Shown: positions 39,605-50,048, counted from the stretch's first letter. The stretch: 64,000 bases of DNA from Methanosuratincola petrocarbonis (GCA_030522375.1 CP130488.1:1335929-1399928); one strand, 5' to 3'. Numbers and translations are program-made. Notes: generated from the sequence alone by a model not told the origin.

Positions 39605-41056
39605 TTGGTCGAGGTATTGAAGAATTACATAAACGGGGAATGGGTTGAGTCCAACAGTACTGAAACATTGGATGTCGTGAATCCGGCAACCCTAGAAGTT
39701 CTTGCGAAGGTACCAAAGTCGACAAACGATGAGGTCAAGGAAGCCATCAAAGCAGCAAAAGAAGCCTTTTGGGAGTGGAGGTGCACGCCCCCATCTACAA
39801 GAGTCAGATACCTCTTCGAGTTCAGGAGACTGCTTGACGAGAATTTCGAGGAGATCTCTGAGATCATAGTGAAAGAGCACGGGAAGGTCCTCGACGAGGC
39901 GAGAGGTGACCTTAAGAGAGGCATAGAGACAGTTGAGCTGGCCTGCGGCATACCCATGATGATGGTAGGGGACATAGAGGAGGACGTGGCAAAGGGGATA
40001 GATGAGGCATATGTAAGAGAGCCCCTAGGCGTATGTGTAGGGCTCACGCCTTACAACTTCCCAGCAATGATCCCTCTATGGTTCTTGCCCCTCGCAGTCG
40101 CATGTGGAAACACCTTCATACTGAAGCCATCAAGCCAGGTGCCGCTCACCGCAAAAAGGATAATTGAGCTAGCTGAGGAGGCAGGGTTCCCGCCAGGCGT
40201 AATTAACCTAGTAAACGGCAGCAGAAACGTATCTGATGTGCTTCTGTCAAGCTACGACGTTAAGGCAGTCTCATTCGTTGGATCCACCCCAGTAGCCAGG
40301 CACATCTACAAGAAGGCTGCCGAAACAGGCATGAGGGCACAATGCCAAGGTCAGGCGAAGAACTTTATCGTGATAATGCCTGACGCCAACATGAAGAACA
40401 CGATTTCGGCATGCATCACCTCGGCATGCGGCTGCACAGGGCAGAGATGCCTCGCAGGCGAGAACTTCATACCCGTTGGAGAGGCATACGAACCATTCAA
40501 GAGAGCGCTTGTCGAGGCAGCCTCTAAAGTGAGGATTGGATACGGCCTCGATCCGGAGACTCAGATGGGACCGCTCGCATCGAAGAGCCAGTTGGACACT
40601 GTTCTGAGGTACATAGACAAAGGTGTAGAGGAAGGAGCGAAACTCCTGCTCGACGGTAGGAACTTCAAGTGTGAAAAGTACCCGAACGGATATTTCGTTG
40701 GACCTACAATATTCGACGAAGTAACTCCAGATATGACGATATTCAAAGAGGAGATCTTCGGCCCAGTGATGTGCTTGAGAAAGGCCGAGTCGCTTGACGA
40801 GGCAATTGAGCTTGCGAATTCTTCGATCTACGGGAATGCGGCTGCGATATTCACTAGTAGCGGTAAAAACGCCAGAGAGTTCTGCTACAGGGTTGATGCA
40901 GGCAATATAGGAGTCAACATAGGTGTGCCAGCCCCCATTGCGTTCTTCCCGTTCAGCGGATGGAAGGAGTCGTTCTTCGGAGACCTCCATGCACAAGCAA
41001 TGGATGCGGTAGAATTCTATACACAGAAGAAGGTCATCATATCCAGGTGGTTCTGA
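39605..41056 (+). CDS. mmsA: CoA-acylating methylmalonate-semialdehyde dehydrogenase
   Basis: TPYNFPAMIPLW, SFVGSTPVA, GQRCLA, EEIFGPV, FSGWKESFFGDLH. Confidence 0.9.
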   Translation: MVEVLKNYINGEWVESNSTETLDVVNPATLEVLAKVPKSTNDEVKEAIKAAKEAFWEWRCTPPSTRVRYLFEFRRLLDENFEEISEIIVKEHGKVLDEARGDLKRGIETVELACGIPMMMVGDIEEDVAKGIDEAYVREPLGVCVGLTPYNFPAMIPLWFLPLAVACGNTFILKPSSQVPLTAKRIIELAEEAGFPPGVINLVNGSRNVSDVLLSSYDVKAVSFVGSTPVARHIYKKAAETGMRAQCQGQAKNFIVIMPDANMKNTISACITSACGCTGQRCLAGENFIPVGEAYEPFKRALVEAASKVRIGYGLDPETQMGPLASKSQLDTVLRYIDKGVEEGAKLLLDGRNFKCEKYPNGYFVGPTIFDEVTPDMTIFKEEIFGPVMCLRKAESLDEAIELANSSIYGNAAAIFTSSGKNAREFCYRVDAGNIGVNIGVPAPIAFFPFSGWKESFFGDLHAQAMDAVEFYTQKKVIISRWF

Positions 41057-41057
41057 G

Positions 41058-41477
41058 ATGCAGTTAGGGACGTTTGGTTCCATACTCAAATTTGCATCCG
41101 AACTCGAGGATGTAGCCTCAAATTTTTATGATGAGGCGGCGAAAAGAGGTTCACCAAACGTACAAAAGATATTCAGTGACTTCGCAAACGCATCCAAAAA
41201 AAACAAGCAGTTGATTGAAAGAACCAGACGCATGGAAATGCAAGAAATGGTCCTGGAAGCAATAACTGGAATAGACAGTGACAGCTACAAAACAGACACG
41301 GCAACATGCGCAGAAGAGAAGAAGAACATTGAGAAGGCTATAGAGATCGAGAGCATAATCAAGAGGTTCTACGAAGACAGCATGGAAAAACTCGGCTTTT
41401 TGCCAAACGTCAAAAGAACCTTGGGGAAACTTGCAGCCGAAAAACAAGAGAGGATAAAAAAGCTGCAAGGTCTCTAA
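41058..41477 (+). CDS. Ferritin/rubrerythrin-like helical protein
   Basis: FASELE....FY and AIEIE....FY repeats; lacks His ligands. Confidence 0.55.
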   Translation: MQLGTFGSILKFASELEDVASNFYDEAAKRGSPNVQKIFSDFANASKKNKQLIERTRRMEMQEMVLEAITGIDSDSYKTDTATCAEEKKNIEKAIEIESIIKRFYEDSMEKLGFLPNVKRTLGKLAAEKQERIKKLQGL

Positions 41478-41530
41478 ACTTTTTAATCTTTATTAATTTT
41501 TATTTTTATAAAAATTCTTAGCTATGATAA

Positions 41531-41608
41531 TGGTGGGGCTGCCCGGATTTGAACCGGGGTCACGAGGGCCCAAGCCTCGCAGTCTAGACCAAGCTAGCCT
41601 ACAGCCCC
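41531..41608 (-). tRNA. tRNA-Pro(UGG)
   Basis: GGGGCTG acceptor, CGAGG-CT-TGG-GC-CCTCG, CCA. Confidence 0.95.
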
Positions 41609-41885
41609 TCGAAGTAAAAAGGGATTGACAGGCAGTTATTATACATATCGCTACTATTACTTTACAAAGGTCTCATCATAAGCTGGCGAATTCGGTTAAA
41701 ATCCCTGATAGACGTTAAAAGGAATTGCCACCATTTGGATCCAAGTTTTTCAAGGTGCATTCAGGGCACTTGCTTTGTAGGTTGAATTCTCATAAAAGAC
41801 TATAACAAATGACCGCATTTCAGCTACATTTTCCATGGTTATAAGATTCTGACGACATCCCTCAGGGTTTCTAAAAAAACAAGAG

Positions 41886-41974
41886 TGGCGCCTGGGGTGG
41901 GATTTGAACCCACGAGTCTGTTGCCAGACAATGGCTTAGCAAGCCATCGCCTTACCAGGCTAGGCAACCCAGGC
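41886..41974 (-). tRNA. tRNA-Ser(GCU)
   Basis: ATGGC-TT-GCT-AA-GCCAT, long variable arm, CCA. Confidence 0.95.
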
Positions 41975-42020
41975 TTTAAGCCAAAGAAAGTTAAGGTCAG
42001 TTAAATATTTTATTTGCAAA

Positions 42021-42343
42021 TGGTGCGGTAGCTCTCCAGGAGTGGGCAGCCTATGCAGCAGCGCCTTTGGATGCCCAGCATCCATCCCGTTTTCCTGTGA
42101 ACGGCACTGTCCAGGCTTAGGGCTGCTCCCTTCCGGGCCTAACCCGTTTCGCCTAGCTAGCGGGAGACCCTTCCTTCCGGACGGATCTTGACCGCTCCAA
42201 CGCCCCCACAGGGCGAGACTTCCACGCTGCGCATCCATCGGCACTGCCGACGGTTTTGCCGCCTCCCAGAGTTGCTGGCCCTACCTTCACGACCGTTTGT
42301 AGAGCAGAGGAGGCCGAGCCCTCCGGCCCTACCTACCACACCA
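42021..42343 (-). ncRNA. Archaeal SRP (7S) RNA
   Basis: Helix 8 motif AGGCCCGGAAGGGAGCAGC, helix 6 GGAA loop, paired termini GGTGTGGTAG/CTACCGCACC. Confidence 0.92.
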
Positions 42344-42415
42344 TTTGATTCATTTACTCAGTGGTTTATCAGCATATCGCAGAAGCAGAGGAGGATCCCG
42401 TCAATGTTTGTTTAT

Positions 42416-43357
42416 TCAAATAGCGAATCTGCCAATCCCCAAAAGCGAGAATACTTCGCAGGCTCGGCATACACTCCTGCTAGATGGTGCGCCGCAGATA
42501 GAGCAGCGCTCCATTTTTGAGGACATTGTTTTTTGCTCAAGCAACTTTGAAAGAGAATCGGAGACGTTCACTATTGAGTGCTTTGTCCCAGGATGGTCAG
42601 CTTCGAGGCGATTTAAAATGTCTCTTATCTCGTCCCTTAATGAGGCTCGTACGTATGGGCATTCCCTCTCGTAGAGGTCATAACCCTTCGCATAAACATA
42701 AACAGCAATCTCTTTCTCGGGAATGTAACGCAATGGCTTGACCCTAGGGATGAAGCCTTCCCTCTCGACAAGAGGTCTTGCGCCCGCCCTGCCAATCCGA
42801 TCCACATCCCCTCGGAACAAATTGATCAAGAAGGTCTGAGCTTCGTCGTCAAGGTTATGCCCGGTTGCCACCTTAGTCGCGTCTAATTTCAATGCTAGGT
42901 CATTCAGCAACCGCCTCCTGAGTATCCCGCAGAAACTGCACCCCAGAAGTTGGATGCCCTTGGACTTCGCGATCTCGCATATCTCTTCGAGGGTGTAGCC
43001 ATAGGCATCCTTGAACGTGAATGTATAGTGCTCGAGCTCCAGCCTTCTGGCGACTTCCCTTGCTATCCTGATGCCCTCCTCCCTGTATCCCCGGACTCCC
43101 TCATCTATTGTCACAGCAAAAAGTTTCGCGCCGTACCGCTTCTCGATCTTCGAAAGTATGTGAGCGAGGGCAATACTATCCTTCCCTCCTGACAAGGCGA
43201 TCATGATCCTGTCTTCGGGCGTGAAAAGCCCCTCTTTTTTTATGGTCTTGAAGGTAGTCTTCTCGATGCTCTTGGTGAAGCAGCGCTTGCAGAGGGCTTC
43301 TCCGGACTGTCTTCGGAAATAGAAACAGGGTCTTCCGCACCTGCACTCTGCGGGCAT
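42416..43357 (-). CDS. tRNA 2-thiolation protein (TtuA/Ncs6 family)
   Basis: SGGKDS PP-loop, CSFCG..RR, TGHNLDD, terminal Zn fingers. Confidence 0.9.
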   Translation of the reverse strand: MPAECRCGRPCFYFRRQSGEALCKRCFTKSIEKTTFKTIKKEGLFTPEDRIMIALSGGKDSIALAHILSKIEKRYGAKLFAVTIDEGVRGYREEGIRIAREVARRLELEHYTFTFKDAYGYTLEEICEIAKSKGIQLLGCSFCGILRRRLLNDLALKLDATKVATGHNLDDEAQTFLINLFRGDVDRIGRAGARPLVEREGFIPRVKPLRYIPEKEIAVYVYAKGYDLYERECPYVRASLRDEIRDILNRLEADHPGTKHSIVNVSDSLSKLLEQKTMSSKMERCSICGAPSSRSVCRACEVFSLLGIGRFAI

Positions 43358-43377
43358 TTTGCTGCTCACCCAACCTG

Positions 43378-44547
43378 CTATCCGAATTTGAATGAAGGGA
43401 AGAGAACGAAGCTCATCGAGATATTGAGGACCAGTATTATGAGGCATGTCCACCTGATCATATTTGAGAGTTGAATCGCCCTTCTTTCATTCTTGAACAT
43501 CGACCTGAGCAGTATTGTCGCAAGTTTATCCCCGTCGAGGCCTGTAACGGGCATCATGTTGATAAGACCAATGTTTATCGAGAGCAGGTAAAACCAAGAG
43601 AGAGAGCCAAGAATGTAGAATGAGCCCATTGAAGGGACAAATGGGAATCTCGGCTCGTAGTATGGGAACGAGTTTATCCCAATATAGGAGGCGTTCCGTG
43701 TAGGGGATTGCCCAAGCGTGAAGTTGATCTCGGTAGTTTTTCCGTCCCGAATTATCAAAAACGGGACCGTAGAGTTTGGCGGTATCGTGGAAAGCGTCGT
43801 TGAGAGAGATTCTGCGTCTTTCACAGGGGAGCCGTTTATGCTGATTATTACGTCCCAATTCCTTAGGATGCCATCGGCGGGAGAGCCAGCCACTATTTCG
43901 GTGATTTGGATACCACTTGGATCAGGGCTGTAAATCGGCGCGAGCACCAAATTCGAGTTGGTCAGAAGAACCAAAGCCACCAGACCCATCAGGATATTTG
44001 CGGTAGAGCCAGCACTGAAGACACGGGCTTGGGCAGATTTCTTGGCCTTGGTAAGGTCTTCTTCATCTGGCTCTACGAATGCGCCAGGGATCACTGCGAG
44101 TAGGAGGAGACCAGTGCTTTTGACTTTTATATTCTCCGCCCTGGCAGCCACCCCATGGGAGAATTCATGGAATATGATAATTACCGCTAAAGACAAACCG
44201 AAAAAGAACAAGGTGTTGAAGTTCAGAGAAAGTGTGATGCCGGGGATCAGGGGCGAGACGGGGGCCGCGGATTCAGTCTTGAAGAAGATATAGAAGAGAT
44301 TCCTGCCCAATATGTACGTGATATAGACCATCCCCCCTATTGAAAGGGCAACACCCAATGTCCAGAATACCTTCCAAAACGAACGGAGAGCGCGCCCGAT
44401 CCGGTCTATTAAAGAATTGAACCTTGTCGTCCTCCACATAATCAGGAAGGGGTGTATTTCGAAACTTTTTGGGAGAAACTGCCTTCCAATATAAACAATT
44501 GACCAGAAAGACAGCAATGCAGCCAAAAAAATAACCCAAGACTCCAA
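43378..44547 (-). CDS. Site-2 protease (M50) with PDZ domain
   Basis: HEFSH, GAFVEPD, NMMP..GLDG. Confidence 0.92.
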   Translation of the reverse strand: MESWVIFLAALLSFWSIVYIGRQFLPKSFEIHPFLIMWRTTRFNSLIDRIGRALRSFWKVFWTLGVALSIGGMVYITYILGRNLFYIFFKTESAAPVSPLIPGITLSLNFNTLFFFGLSLAVIIIFHEFSHGVAARAENIKVKSTGLLLLAVIPGAFVEPDEEDLTKAKKSAQARVFSAGSTANILMGLVALVLLTNSNLVLAPIYSPDPSGIQITEIVAGSPADGILRNWDVIISINGSPVKDAESLSTTLSTIPPNSTVPFLIIRDGKTTEINFTLGQSPTRNASYIGINSFPYYEPRFPFVPSMGSFYILGSLSWFYLLSINIGLINMMPVTGLDGDKLATILLRSMFKNERRAIQLSNMIRWTCLIILVLNISMSFVLFPSFKFG

Positions 44548-44604
44548 ATGAACTCCCCCAACAATATTAGAACGGATCTACAACATGGTATTCAGGGATA
44601 GTCG

Positions 44605-44916
44605 ATGAGTATCGTCTCTATTATAACTGTCGGAGATTTAAGGCAGGGTGAAGAGATTGCAAGGAGGCTTGTTGAAGAAAGACTGGCGGCTTGCGTCAAC
44701 ATACTCCCTTCAATGAGATCGGTTTACAGATGGAAAGATAGGGTCGAGGAGAGCACCGAATTCATGCTTATAGTAAAGACTGAGCAAAGGGTCTTCGAAA
44801 AGATGAAGAAAAGAGTGCTCGAGCTCCACAGCTACGAGTTGCCCGAGATAATCGCGCTCAACGTTTCTGAAGGACTAGAGAGTTATTTGGACTGGATTAG
44901 CTCTAATGTCGAATGA
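44605..44916 (+). CDS. cutA: Divalent-cation tolerance protein CutA
   Basis: LVEERLAACVN, S.YRW, H.YELPE. Confidence 0.93.
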   Translation: MSIVSIITVGDLRQGEEIARRLVEERLAACVNILPSMRSVYRWKDRVEESTEFMLIVKTEQRVFEKMKKRVLELHSYELPEIIALNVSEGLESYLDWISSNVE

Positions 44917-45642
44917 GTGACAAGGATGGCAAAGAAAGTCGCACCTGCATATGAATCAAGAGAAGTCATCTATAACAAAACCCATTGGGAACTATTGGAC
45001 CACCTGAGATCAAAAGCATTGAGTGTGATGAGTGCGCTGTACAAGCACGGTCTCGAGGCGAGGGTGCATGGTAGCGTCGCCAGGGGGGACGTTAACTCCA
45101 AGAGTGATATCGACATCATACTCCCTGAGACGGCTGAGTCGTTCATAATAGAGGAGGCGTTGAGAAAAAGCGGGTTCTCCATAGAGTGTAGGGAAGTGAG
45201 CCAGGCGACTCCGGTCCATACAGTCAAGGCCACAATTTACATCGATCAAACGCTCAAGGTCACTTTCCCGCTCATCCCCTTGAGGGGTAAGGAGAGAGAG
45301 TTCTACAAATTCGGTGGAGAAGTGGGCATTTCAGAGATTGGAGCCAGATTGAGAGTACCGGGAATTGACAAGAGGCTGATGCTGATCGTCCCAACAGACT
45401 ACGGCCACATGGAGCGTTCAGTCCTCTCATATGAAGCAGAGGCGGCCAGGATTGTTGGGGTTAGTCTCGAAGTAGTACTTGAGAGAGTGAGGGTCCTTAC
45501 AAGGAGGGACCAAATAGGCAGGACGGGAATTTTTTTTAAAAGAGCGCTCCAAGAGGATGAAACTTTCGAAGGGGTGCTTTCAGACCGCTTATCTAAGGAT
45601 CCGAGCCTGAGGAGGCTCCTTCAACAACGCTGTAAAAGATAA
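44917..45642 (+). CDS. Pol-beta-like nucleotidyltransferase domain protein
   Basis: HGSVARGDV...SDIDI, EFYKFGG, RVPGIDKRL. Confidence 0.85.
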   Translation: MTRMAKKVAPAYESREVIYNKTHWELLDHLRSKALSVMSALYKHGLEARVHGSVARGDVNSKSDIDIILPETAESFIIEEALRKSGFSIECREVSQATPVHTVKATIYIDQTLKVTFPLIPLRGKEREFYKFGGEVGISEIGARLRVPGIDKRLMLIVPTDYGHMERSVLSYEAEAARIVGVSLEVVLERVRVLTRRDQIGRTGIFFKRALQEDETFEGVLSDRLSKDPSLRRLLQQRCKR

Positions 45643-45771
45643 TTTTTTATTTTAGGTAAACCCTAAAAAATTCCGCATTTGCATGATTCATTCAATTGCG
45701 AATTGCTCAACATTCGAGCCGACAAGTATTGACCTCCGGGATTAAATATGTAGGCATTTTTTGGGGATTGA

Positions 45772-46107
45772 ATGTACAGTGTGCGTGCAGCCTTGGCAAT
45801 TAGTTTGTTTGCAATGGTTTTCTTTTCAGCGTGCCTGATTGAGGTCAAAGGCGAGGATAATTCAAGCGAAGCGCTCCAAGAAAGATTTCATAGTGTAGTC
45901 GGTGATTGGCTGAATTTCTTTCAATCTAATCTCGAGTGGTTTGCCTCAACGATAGTCAGCTTCATGAAATATGCGGTGAAAACCATTTATTTCGCTGTAG
46001 GATTGGCGGGGTTTGTCATGTGGGCATCTGGCATCTCGCGTTACACTGGAAAGAAGCTGATAATCGGGGCGATAGCAATGGCGATTGTTTCGGAAATACT
46101 TCTTTAA
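45772..46107 (+). CDS. Small membrane protein (signal peptide + 2 TM), possibly VirB2/TrbC-pilin-like
   Basis: Hydrophobic N-terminus, amphipathic helix, TM-GKKLIIGAI-TM. Confidence 0.55.
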   Translation: MYSVRAALAISLFAMVFFSACLIEVKGEDNSSEALQERFHSVVGDWLNFFQSNLEWFASTIVSFMKYAVKTIYFAVGLAGFVMWASGISRYTGKKLIIGAIAMAIVSEILL

Positions 46108-46155
46108 AAATTAAATCCCAGCAGTTTTAATATCTTAAGCGCTTACTGATCAAGC

Positions 46156-47190
46156 ATGGATGAAAACCTCCCGCAGGGTTGCAAATTGTGCTTGAAAGGG
46201 AGTAAGATGGTGCTCTTTGTCACCGGAGTTTGCGGGAAGGGCTGCTTCTATTGCCCGCTGAGCGATGCGAGGAAGGGCAAAGACGCGATATACGCAGACG
46301 AAGTACCCGTAAAAAATGATCTGGATATCATACTTGAATGCAGAGCAATCGATGCGGAGGGGACCGGCATCACCGGAGGGGACCCCCTGATCAAGGCAAA
46401 AAGGACTTTGAAATATGTGAAGCTATTAAAAAAAGAATTTGGATCCGATCACCACATTCATCTATACACCAACGGCATGCATGCAGAGAGATACATACTT
46501 AAACAACTCAAGGATGCTGGCCTTGACGAGATTAGGTTCCATCCAAGCAGGGAATTTTGGGACAGGATAGCGGCAGCGAAGGAACTCGGGATGTATGCAG
46601 GAGCAGAGTTGCCAGCAATACCCGGAGATGAAGAGAAGATAAAGGCGTTTGTAGAATATCTGGAGAAGATAAAAGCAGACTTCCTTAATTTGAATCAATT
46701 GGAGTTCTCTCCAGAGAACGCTATTCAGTTGAAGCAGCGCGGGTATTCTCTTGAAGATGGCGAAATGTCGGCTGTGAAAGGGAGCGAAGGGACTGCCCTC
46801 AGCATAATAAAATGGGCTAGGACAGAAGGTATTTCGATCCCGATCCACTACTGCCCGAGTTGTGTGAAGGATTCGATTCAGACAAAGAAGAGGTTTCTGA
46901 GAAGGGCAAGAAATGTCCGTAGACCGTATGAAGAAATTTTTGAAGACGGACTGGTCGGCAGGGTGCAAGTAAGGATGCGTGCAAGTAACCCCAGAGAGCT
47001 TAGGAGAGAACTTCACGAATTTGCTGGGATTCCGCTTTATGCCATCGGATTGTCCGAAGATGGAAAGTCCATTGAGGTTCACAGAGAATTTCTTGAGACG
47101 GTAAAGGAGCTCCTCAAGGACGCGACCTTTGAGTACGTTCAATCTTATCCAACATTTTTCAGGGAGAAGTTCGCTGGATTCCCTAGTTAG
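46156..47190 (+). CDS. Archaeal radical SAM protein
   Basis: GC.LC..G.K.VLFVTG.CGKGCFYCP, GITGGDP, LDEIRFH. Confidence 0.85.
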   Translation: MDENLPQGCKLCLKGSKMVLFVTGVCGKGCFYCPLSDARKGKDAIYADEVPVKNDLDIILECRAIDAEGTGITGGDPLIKAKRTLKYVKLLKKEFGSDHHIHLYTNGMHAERYILKQLKDAGLDEIRFHPSREFWDRIAAAKELGMYAGAELPAIPGDEEKIKAFVEYLEKIKADFLNLNQLEFSPENAIQLKQRGYSLEDGEMSAVKGSEGTALSIIKWARTEGISIPIHYCPSCVKDSIQTKKRFLRRARNVRRPYEEIFEDGLVGRVQVRMRASNPRELRRELHEFAGIPLYAIGLSEDGKSIEVHREFLETVKELLKDATFEYVQSYPTFFREKFAGFPS

Positions 47191-48257
47191 TTGACTTGAA
47201 AGCGGAGCAAGGCGGCTATTCCGCCCAGATTATAGAGCTGGGAGCCTTTTTCGTGTTCGCTCCCAATGAAGAAGACCTTCCCGCCGTATTTTTCGGCGTT
47301 CCTGCAGAGCCCCTCCAGATTCCTTTTTTCACTCAGAGGGGCGGTCTTTATCAGCCGATCAGAAACCAATAGAGCCTCAACAGCCCCAGCGTTGATGCTT
47401 TTTTCAACTTCCTTTAGGCCATAGGCGACTAGTTTTGGATTCTTCGAAAGGCGCGAAAGAAACTCATCGACAAGTCTTGAATCTCTGACTATGAGTGTAT
47501 CTTCCAATATTTTCGAAAGCGCCCCTCTACTCATTACTTCTCGAACACCCGGTGTTCCTACAGTCGATGTAGACTCCTCAAATACGTTGAGTGTGCGGTG
47601 TTTCTCCTTCAGATATTTCCCAAACTCGTTTTTTGTAAAGCCAGGACCGGCAAGGACAATGCTGTAAGCCCCATCCTTGATAATTCGCATCAATTCTTCT
47701 TCTATCGAATTGAAGTACTTAGATCTCAAGGAGCTCCTGTCAGAATTTTCCAAGTATTTACCAGGCATGTTCGAGGCCATTGAAACGACCTCGTGGATTT
47801 CATAATCTTTTATGATGTAAATAGTTGCTTCCTGATCGTCCAAGGTGACTACAACAACCCTTGGTCTTGATTTTTTGACTGCCCTGTCAAGGCGTTCTTC
47901 AAAGAAAGAAGTCCAGTTCTCTTTTACTATCATGAGTCGATCTCGTGGACCTAAAGCAAACGAATGGTAAGAACCAAGTATATTCATGTCTTCAGGACCC
48001 GAAACAATTTTACCTCTTACCCTGAGCTTCCCTGTAAAGCTCTGGATTCCTGTATCTTCGACGACAATGCACAGGAAAACACGCCTTCGCCCCACACGTT
48101 CCTCCTGGTCGCCTCTCGTAACTTTGATCTCGCGTGTGGTATTCCCGCAGATCTGATCCCCGATCTCGATCATGTTATAAAGGTGCCACAGATCGTCCTC
48201 ATCCTCCACCTCCACCTCAACACAATTCTTTTTCTTTTCTAATTCTATGATGCGCAA
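47187..48257 (-). CDS. pelA: Pelota/Dom34 ribosome rescue factor
   Basis: DDLWHL, LRVRG, PGK, AGPGFTK, LGGIAALLRF. Confidence 0.93.
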   Translation of the reverse strand: MRIIELEKKKNCVEVEVEDEDDLWHLYNMIEIGDQICGNTTREIKVTRGDQEERVGRRRVFLCIVVEDTGIQSFTGKLRVRGKIVSGPEDMNILGSYHSFALGPRDRLMIVKENWTSFFEERLDRAVKKSRPRVVVVTLDDQEATIYIIKDYEIHEVVSMASNMPGKYLENSDRSSLRSKYFNSIEEELMRIIKDGAYSIVLAGPGFTKNEFGKYLKEKHRTLNVFEESTSTVGTPGVREVMSRGALSKILEDTLIVRDSRLVDEFLSRLSKNPKLVAYGLKEVEKSINAGAVEALLVSDRLIKTAPLSEKRNLEGLCRNAEKYGGKVFFIGSEHEKGSQLYNLGGIAALLRFQVN

Positions 48258-48316
48258 ACTTTAGCACCGTTCCAATAACGATATTTGCCACACTTTTGAA
48301 TTTTCCTTGTACTACT

Positions 48317-48763
48317 ATGTCTGATTGCGAGCCGAATATAAGAGATGCCAGGCTTGACGATTTGGATTCGATCTACCAGATTGAATTGAAATCTTTTCCT
48401 GATCCCTACCCGCGAGGTCTCTTGAAGGCTTTCTTTTTCCTGCCAGGGGCGGTCATTGTGGCCGTTTCTGGAGGAGAGGTGATCGGTTATGCAATCGGAA
48501 TGATAAGAGAAGATGAAATAGGACACATAATTTCAATCGCTGTCGATGAAAACAAAAGAAGGCACGGAGTAGGTAAAACACTCCTAGAGGGGCTAATAGA
48601 CAGGCTTTCCAGAGAAGGTGCAAAAAAGATCGTCTTGGAAGTAAGGAAGTCCAATCTCGAGGCAAAGAGACTCTATCAGAAGTTCGGATTCGAGAAGAAG
48701 AAAGAAATTGCAGGGTATTATAAAGGCGGGGAAGCCGCCGAAGTAATGGAACTCACTTTGTGA
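48317..48763 (+). CDS. RimI/Ard1-type N-acetyltransferase
   Basis: HIISIAV...RRHGVG, LEVRKSN, YY..GE.A. Confidence 0.9.
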   Translation: MSDCEPNIRDARLDDLDSIYQIELKSFPDPYPRGLLKAFFFLPGAVIVAVSGGEVIGYAIGMIREDEIGHIISIAVDENKRRHGVGKTLLEGLIDRLSREGAKKIVLEVRKSNLEAKRLYQKFGFEKKKEIAGYYKGGEAAEVMELTL

Positions 48764-50048
48764 TGTCGTCGAATACCATGATTTTTATATTCTGAGGGCG
48801 CTTTGCAATATTTCCGATCCTTGCACCGATCAGGTAGGATACCCCTTTGCTATTTGATACATCAAGCAGGCGCTGCGTTACCACGCCATCGAAAATAACT
48901 GCAAATGGTTTGATCTCAGAGCTCTGCAACAGCTCAGCAAGCTCTCGTACCGCTACTTTCTGTTTGACTTCCCAAGTCTCGTCGGTCAGGACCCCCTCAA
49001 GACTGCCCTGCAGCTCTTTAACCAAAGATCGGAGCTTCTCAAGATCAGCCTGGGGGATCTCTATATGTTTCTCTGGCTTCTCTGGTTCAGGCCTCTCAAG
49101 TTTCTCTGTCACTTCGAGCTTTTGCGGTTCGGAGGGCTCGGGCAAGGTTACAGCCTGCCCTTCGATCTTAGAATGTTTTGGCTTCACTTCGGCTTCTGGG
49201 GTTCGTTCTCTTTTCTTTTCGCCCATCATGAGCAGGTATTGTTCTGCAGGTATCTTCGCCCTCAAGTACTTCGCAAGCTCCTTCCCAGTCAAATCCTCGA
49301 CTTCTTTTCCTGGAGGTGCCCTGGCAACGTAATCGATATCGGCGACTTGGAACAGTTCGCGTAGGATCAGCTCTCCTCCCCGATCACCGTCAACGAATGC
49401 GATAATTGTTTTCTTCTTGCTGAGTTCTTTAATTGTGTCCGGCACCGAGGCGCCATCCATCCCGATTACATTCTTGTAACCATGGCGAAGCATATTTACT
49501 ACGTCTGCGCGCCCCTCTGTAACGATAACCGTATCGGACTTGTCTACGTCAGGGCCGCATGGCAGGTTGTCAGGACCGTACTTGCCTATGGCATGAACCC
49601 TGACAGACTTCATTATCTCTTCAGATAGCTCCTTAATTTCGAAGGCGCCCTCAGTCTCCCAATGGATCAATATGTCTCGTGCCCTGTCTATTATCTTGCG
49701 CCTCTTTTCCTCCCTAACATCTTCAATTTTTTTGATCTCGACCCTTGCTGCGCAAGGACCCACTTTGTCGATAGTCTCGATCGCAGCTGCAATAATCGCA
49801 GTTTCAACCCGATCCAGACTTGAAGGGATTACTACTTCGCCAAATGACTTTCCAGATTTCGATTCCATGTCCACCTGTATCCTGCCGATGCGCCCGCTTT
49901 TCTGGAGTTCCCTGAGATCCAAATCCTCTCCCAGAAGTCCCTCGGTCTGACCGAAGATTGCCCCGATTACGTCTGGCTTATCCACTACTCCGTCAATTTC
50001 GATATTTGCATAAATAGTATACTTTGCAGTTGTTGGCGTGCCGCCCAT
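48753..50048 (-). CDS. dnaG: Archaeal DnaG (exosome-associated)
   Basis: DVIGAIFGQTEGLLG, EGRADV, DGDRGG. Confidence 0.95.
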   Translation of the reverse strand: MGGTPTTAKYTIYANIEIDGVVDKPDVIGAIFGQTEGLLGEDLDLRELQKSGRIGRIQVDMESKSGKSFGEVVIPSSLDRVETAIIAAAIETIDKVGPCAARVEIKKIEDVREEKRRKIIDRARDILIHWETEGAFEIKELSEEIMKSVRVHAIGKYGPDNLPCGPDVDKSDTVIVTEGRADVVNMLRHGYKNVIGMDGASVPDTIKELSKKKTIIAFVDGDRGGELILRELFQVADIDYVARAPPGKEVEDLTGKELAKYLRAKIPAEQYLLMMGEKKRERTPEAEVKPKHSKIEGQAVTLPEPSEPQKLEVTEKLERPEPEKPEKHIEIPQADLEKLRSLVKELQGSLEGVLTDETWEVKQKVAVRELAELLQSSEIKPFAVIFDGVVTQRLLDVSNSKGVSYLIGARIGNIAKRPQNIKIMVFDDITK

